Positions 61,601 to 64,000 of a stretch of DNA of 64,000 nt are shown here, piece by piece (position 1 is the first letter of the stretch; each line of letters opens with the position of its first letter). Both the position numbers and the translations under genes were made by a program. The notes beneath the pieces were generated by a model, which saw nothing but the letters and a program-made list of their open reading frames with translations, was not told the origin of the DNA and searched no databases. This stretch comes from Acidobacteriota bacterium. Its GTDB lineage: Bacteria; Acidobacteriota; Thermoanaerobaculia; UBA5066; Gp7-AA6. The DNA lies in assembly GCA_050257975.1 (NCBI GenBank), contig JBLMXY010000024.1, forward strand, positions 15,844-79,843, given 5' to 3'.

Positions 61601-64000
61601 GGTGACGCCGAGATGGCGCAATTGGACCTGCGCCTGCGTCCAGGCGAGGCTGGATACCCGATCGAACGTGCCTGGATCCCGGTACTTGTCGGCCAGAGCC
61701 AGCGCGCGCTCGCGTGACCCGGCGACGATCAGGGCGAGCTGGATGCGGACGGTCGCCCCGGGGGCCAGCCGCACGCGCCGACGGATGCTGAAGATCGGAT
61801 CCAGAACCGTGCCCACCGTGTTCGAAAGGGGCCGACGCTCCGAGATGGCGCTCGGATTTCGGATGCCACGGCCGCGCCCCAGGAAGCGGCCGCGATCCGT
61901 CTCGTACTGCAGCGTGCCCGTCACCTCGCCCTGCACCGTCATCACGTGCGCCGCCCAGACCGGTTCCTCCCGATCGCGAGGCCGACGAAAGGCGAGCAAC
62001 GCTTCGGTCGTGGAAACGAACTCGGTCTGGATGAAGAGGTTCGAGAACGCGGGATGCGCCGCATCGGCCGCCGGCGGCGCGAGAACGACCTCGGCGTAGG
62101 AGGTGATCTCGATCTCTCGCACGCGCGCACCGTAGTTGGTCAATGAGATCCGCCGCATTTCGGCGTCGTCCTCCGTCGAGACGAGGACCTGAAGACTCGT
62201 CGCGATCGGCCCGTCTCGCCGATGAATCTCCACGCGGTCTTCCGAATAGACCGCCTCGTAGACGTCGGCCTCGACTCCCGCCGGCTGGTAACCGGCAGAC
62301 CAGGTCTTTCCCGATTCCGTGTCGGTCAGGAAGACGTAGGTTCCCCACGCATCGCAGGTCGTGTCCTCACGCCATCGCGTCACGTCGAGGCCCCGCCAGC
62401 GGCTGTAGCCGGAACCCGCGGCGGTCATCATCACGCAGTACTGTCCGTTGGACAGGAGGTGCGTGCGGGGCGTCGGATCGTGGGGCGAGCGAAAGCGGCG
62501 CAACACGGCCGGGACCTCAACGCGGACCTGGAGCCGCGTGGGTTCCTCTGCGGTCACCGGCCGCGCCACGGCGACCGTGCGCGGCGTGCGCTCCTGAAGG
62601 AGAAGGTCGGTGGCCTGGACGGTCGGGTCGGCGCCAAAACGGCGGCGCATCGTCGATTCGAGGAGCAGGTTCGTCAGCGCCACGATCGTCATCCCCTGGT
62701 GGTGTGCCATGTAGGCCTTCACGACCGCGAAGGACTCGCCTTCGGGCAGCCGCGACGCGGTGTAGTCGATCGACTCGTAGAAGCCGTAGTGGCCAAGGGC
62801 GCCGATCGACGCCAGACGCTCGAAGTTTTGAAGCGCCGCGACCGGCTCGACCATGGCGGCCAGGGCCGTGGCGTACGGCGCCACGACGAGATCCTCCGAG
62901 AGGCCGCGCTTCAACCCAAGACTACTGACGCCGAAGTTGGAGTACTGGTAGGTGAAGTTCACATCCCACGCGTTGTAGGCGGCTTCGGAGATTCCCCATG
63001 GGACTTTGCGTTCCTCTCCGTAGCGGATCTGACGCCGCACGGCGAGACGGTTGGTCTGCTCGAGCAGGCTGCCCGACGGCGCCTCGAGCACGAGGTCGGG
63101 CATCAGGTACTCGAACATGGATCCGGACCAGGACATCAACGCGGACCCACGGCCGACGGGGGTGAGGGGGCGGCTCAAGTGGAACCAGTGCTCCACGGGC
63201 GCGTCCCCGCGCGCGATCGCAACGAAGCTCGCCAGCCGTGCCTCCGACGCGAGGAGGTCGTAGTGTCCGGAGTCCAGCGTCCAATCCGACAGACGGTACC
63301 CGATCGAAAAGAGTTCGCGGTGTCGATCGAAAAGAAACGTGAAGTCCATCTCCTCCGCGATGCGGCCGGCGTCGGCGGCCACCGAAGAAAGCCTCCGGGC
63401 GAAGGCCTCGGCGGCATCGTCCAGCCCCCGCATGGCCTCGCAATCGCGCGCATGGCTCGAAACGCAGTCCCGCAAGGCCTTCGCCCATTCGAGCGCGGGC
63501 CCGGTCTGCGACCCGTCGCCTTCCTGTTCGAGAGCGAGCACGATGTCCGCCAGCGTCTCGGCGTGCCTGGACAGGAGACCCAGACGCTCTTCCCATTCGG
63601 AGAGCGAGCCGGGCACGGGCGCGAGCAATGCCCGGGCTTCCTGGAGGGCGTCCTCGAGCTGGCGGGCGGTGACGATGCGGCCCCGACTGCGCCCCGCGGC
63701 GACCATCGCGGATTCGCGCAACAGCTCCAGCGCATCGGCGATGCCGTCGAACGCCCGCTCCATCTGGACCGGCTCGTCCAGCCGCTCCAAACAGGCTTGC
63801 CGAAGCGCGATCAGGTGGGCCGCGAGATTGCCGCTGTCGACTGTCGAGACGTATCGGGGCTCGAGCGGCTCGAGATCGGCCGTGCCGTACCAGTTGTAGA
63901 AGTGTCCTCGGAAGCGCGCCAGGCGCCCCATCGTGGCGAGCGTGGCTTCGAGACGCTGCACCATGTCGCCGGTCCCGATCCACCCGAGGTCGTTGGCGGC
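58640..64000 (-). CDS. NdvB/ChvB-like cyclic beta-1,2-glucan synthase family protein (GH94 phosphorylase-type C-terminal region), N-terminus outside window
   Basis: The frame is open to the window edge ([15 protein letters not shown]... precedes the track Met at 63964). The 1786 aa show typical GH94/glucoamylase-like (alpha/alpha)6 regions ([30 protein letters not shown]). Confidence 0.85.
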   Translation of the reverse strand, partial: AANDLGWIGTGDMVQRLEATLATMGRLARFRGHFYNWYGTADLEPLEPRYVSTVDSGNLAAHLIALRQACLERLDEPVQMERAFDGIADALELLRESAMVAAGRSRGRIVTARQLEDALQEARALLAPVPGSLSEWEERLGLLSRHAETLADIVLALEQEGDGSQTGPALEWAKALRDCVSSHARDCEAMRGLDDAAEAFARRLSSVAADAGRIAEEMDFTFLFDRHRELFSIGYRLSDWTLDSGHYDLLASEARLASFVAIARGDAPVEHWFHLSRPLTPVGRGSALMSWSGSMFEYLMPDLVLEAPSGSLLEQTNRLAVRRQIRYGEERKVPWGISEAAYNAWDVNFTYQYSNFGVSSLGLKRGLSEDLVVAPYATALAAMVEPVAALQNFERLASIGALGHYGFYESIDYTASRLPEGESFAVVKAYMAHHQGMTIVALTNLLLESTMRRRFGADPTVQATDLLLQERTPRTVAVARPVTAEEPTRLQVRVEVPAVLRRFRSPHDPTPRTHLLSNGQYCVMMTAAGSGYSRWRGLDVTRWREDTTCDAWGTYVFLTDTESGKTWSAGYQPAGVEADVYEAVYSEDRVEIHRRDGPIATSLQVLVSTEDDAEMRRISLTNYGARVREIEITSYAEVVLAPPAADAAHPAFSNLFIQTEFVSTTEALLAFRRPRDREEPVWAAHVMTVQGEVTGTLQYETDRGRFLGRGRGIRNPSAISERRPLSNTVGTVLDPIFSIRRRVRLAPGATVRIQLALIVAGSRERALALADKYRDPGTFDRVSSLAWTQAQVQLRHLGVTSDEAHLFQRLGTRILYSDPTLRAPAETLERNRKGPSALWRHGISGDRPIVLVRIDQVEDQGIVRQLLRAHEYWRLKGLGVDLVIINEQPVSYSPELGSALESLVRAGTRVSGAAAENPTGDVFVLRGELLSGEERDALAAAARAILLSRHGTLSEQVIRLLGRAPATGPARAILSRPPATDVPPPRIPLEFFNGLGGFSDDGAEYVTILREGQWTPAPWINVLANSTFGCLVSESGAGYTWSGNSRQNQLTPWSNDPVSDSSGEAFFVRDEQDGEIWCPTPLPIRDEGSHVVRHGQGYSRFEHEHRGIGTELLVFVPREDPVKISRLNLENRSGQARTLTVTAYTEWVLGPQRSVGAPFIVTELDETGALFARNFWNEPYAGRVAFADAGGRQAGWTADRTEFLGRNGGLDAPAGLAPGLALSQSDGARLDPCAVLQVRLRLDPGERAQIRFLLGQGADTQDARRLVARYRSADLDAELAAVRREWEDTLSALQVRTPDRSMDLMLNRWLLYQALACRYRARSGFYQAAGAWGFRDQLQDAMAFTVARRELAREHLLRAASRQFVEGDVQHWWHGPDGKGVRTRISDDLLWLPYATRHYVEVTGDDGVLDESVSFLTAPPLEQEETDRYFEPKISDQVASLFEHCARALDRSLAVGRHGLPLMGTGDWNDGMNRVGVGGRGESVWLGWFLHTNLVEFAALAARRGESERASAWLGHAASLKSALDREGWDGDWYRRAFFDDGTPLGSATNDECRIDSIAQSWGVISGAADPERGRRAMAAVDEHLIRRGDGLVLLFKPPFDRTKLEPGYIKGYAPGVRENGGQYTHAAVWAMIAFAALGDGDKAGELFAILNPINHASTRSGLYRYKVEPYVTAGDVYSERPHAGRGGWSWYTGSAGWMYRAGVEWILGFRLRGAVLHVDPCIPRPWPRYEIVFRYHSARYRLSVENPRGAMRGVTSITLDGGPVSGREIPLADDGREHRIAVVLG

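Overview
This is a GC-rich (about 70% by eye) bacterial chromosomal segment. Gene content looks Acidobacteriota-like, but the taxon cannot be verified from here. I call about 70 protein genes. The housekeeping blocks are mrdA-mreD-mreC-mreB, a PpiD-like chaperone, ruvAB, pepP, a radical-SAM gene, glycerate kinase, a desaturase, pilT, a HlyD/ABC/ABC-2/OMP exporter, purEK, korAB and the C-terminal 1786 aa of an NdvB/ChvB-like glucan synthase. Between these blocks are many very small stress-type genes: ferritin-like, DUF6496, hydrophilins, Ku, BON, DUF1328, low-affinity iron permease, metallothionein, PRC-barrel, lmo0937-like, DUF3309 and Fe/Mn SOD. I found no rRNA, tRNA, CRISPR array, transposase, integrase or recognisable defence system. 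Most long ORFs in the supplied track are high-GC shadow frames. The main observation is that 17 intergenic sites match the sigma54 -24/-12 promoter architecture (GG-N10-GC, TGGCAC-N5-TTGC-like). Sixteen of them are correctly oriented in front of the stress genes and of a CHASE3/PAS hybrid kinase, and one has no downstream gene. The window also encodes an NtrC-type sigma54 activator that lacks a DNA-binding domain, co-operonic with an 85-aa stand-alone DHp (His-box) protein. Together these look like a sigma54-wired general-stress system. Other observations are: a heptamer-based palindromic repeat found three times directly after stop codons; a roughly 240-nt structured intergenic RNA candidate; a TlpA~DUF4266 fusion / DUF3570 / ApbE cluster with a flavinylation-type motif; a tightly coupled methyltransferase/LpxL-like/AMP-ligase/PLP-decarboxylase operon beside a GNAT-sirtuin pair; two genes without canonical start codons; and one frameshifted gene. 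All motif searches were done by eye in intergenic regions only, so formal scans are needed.
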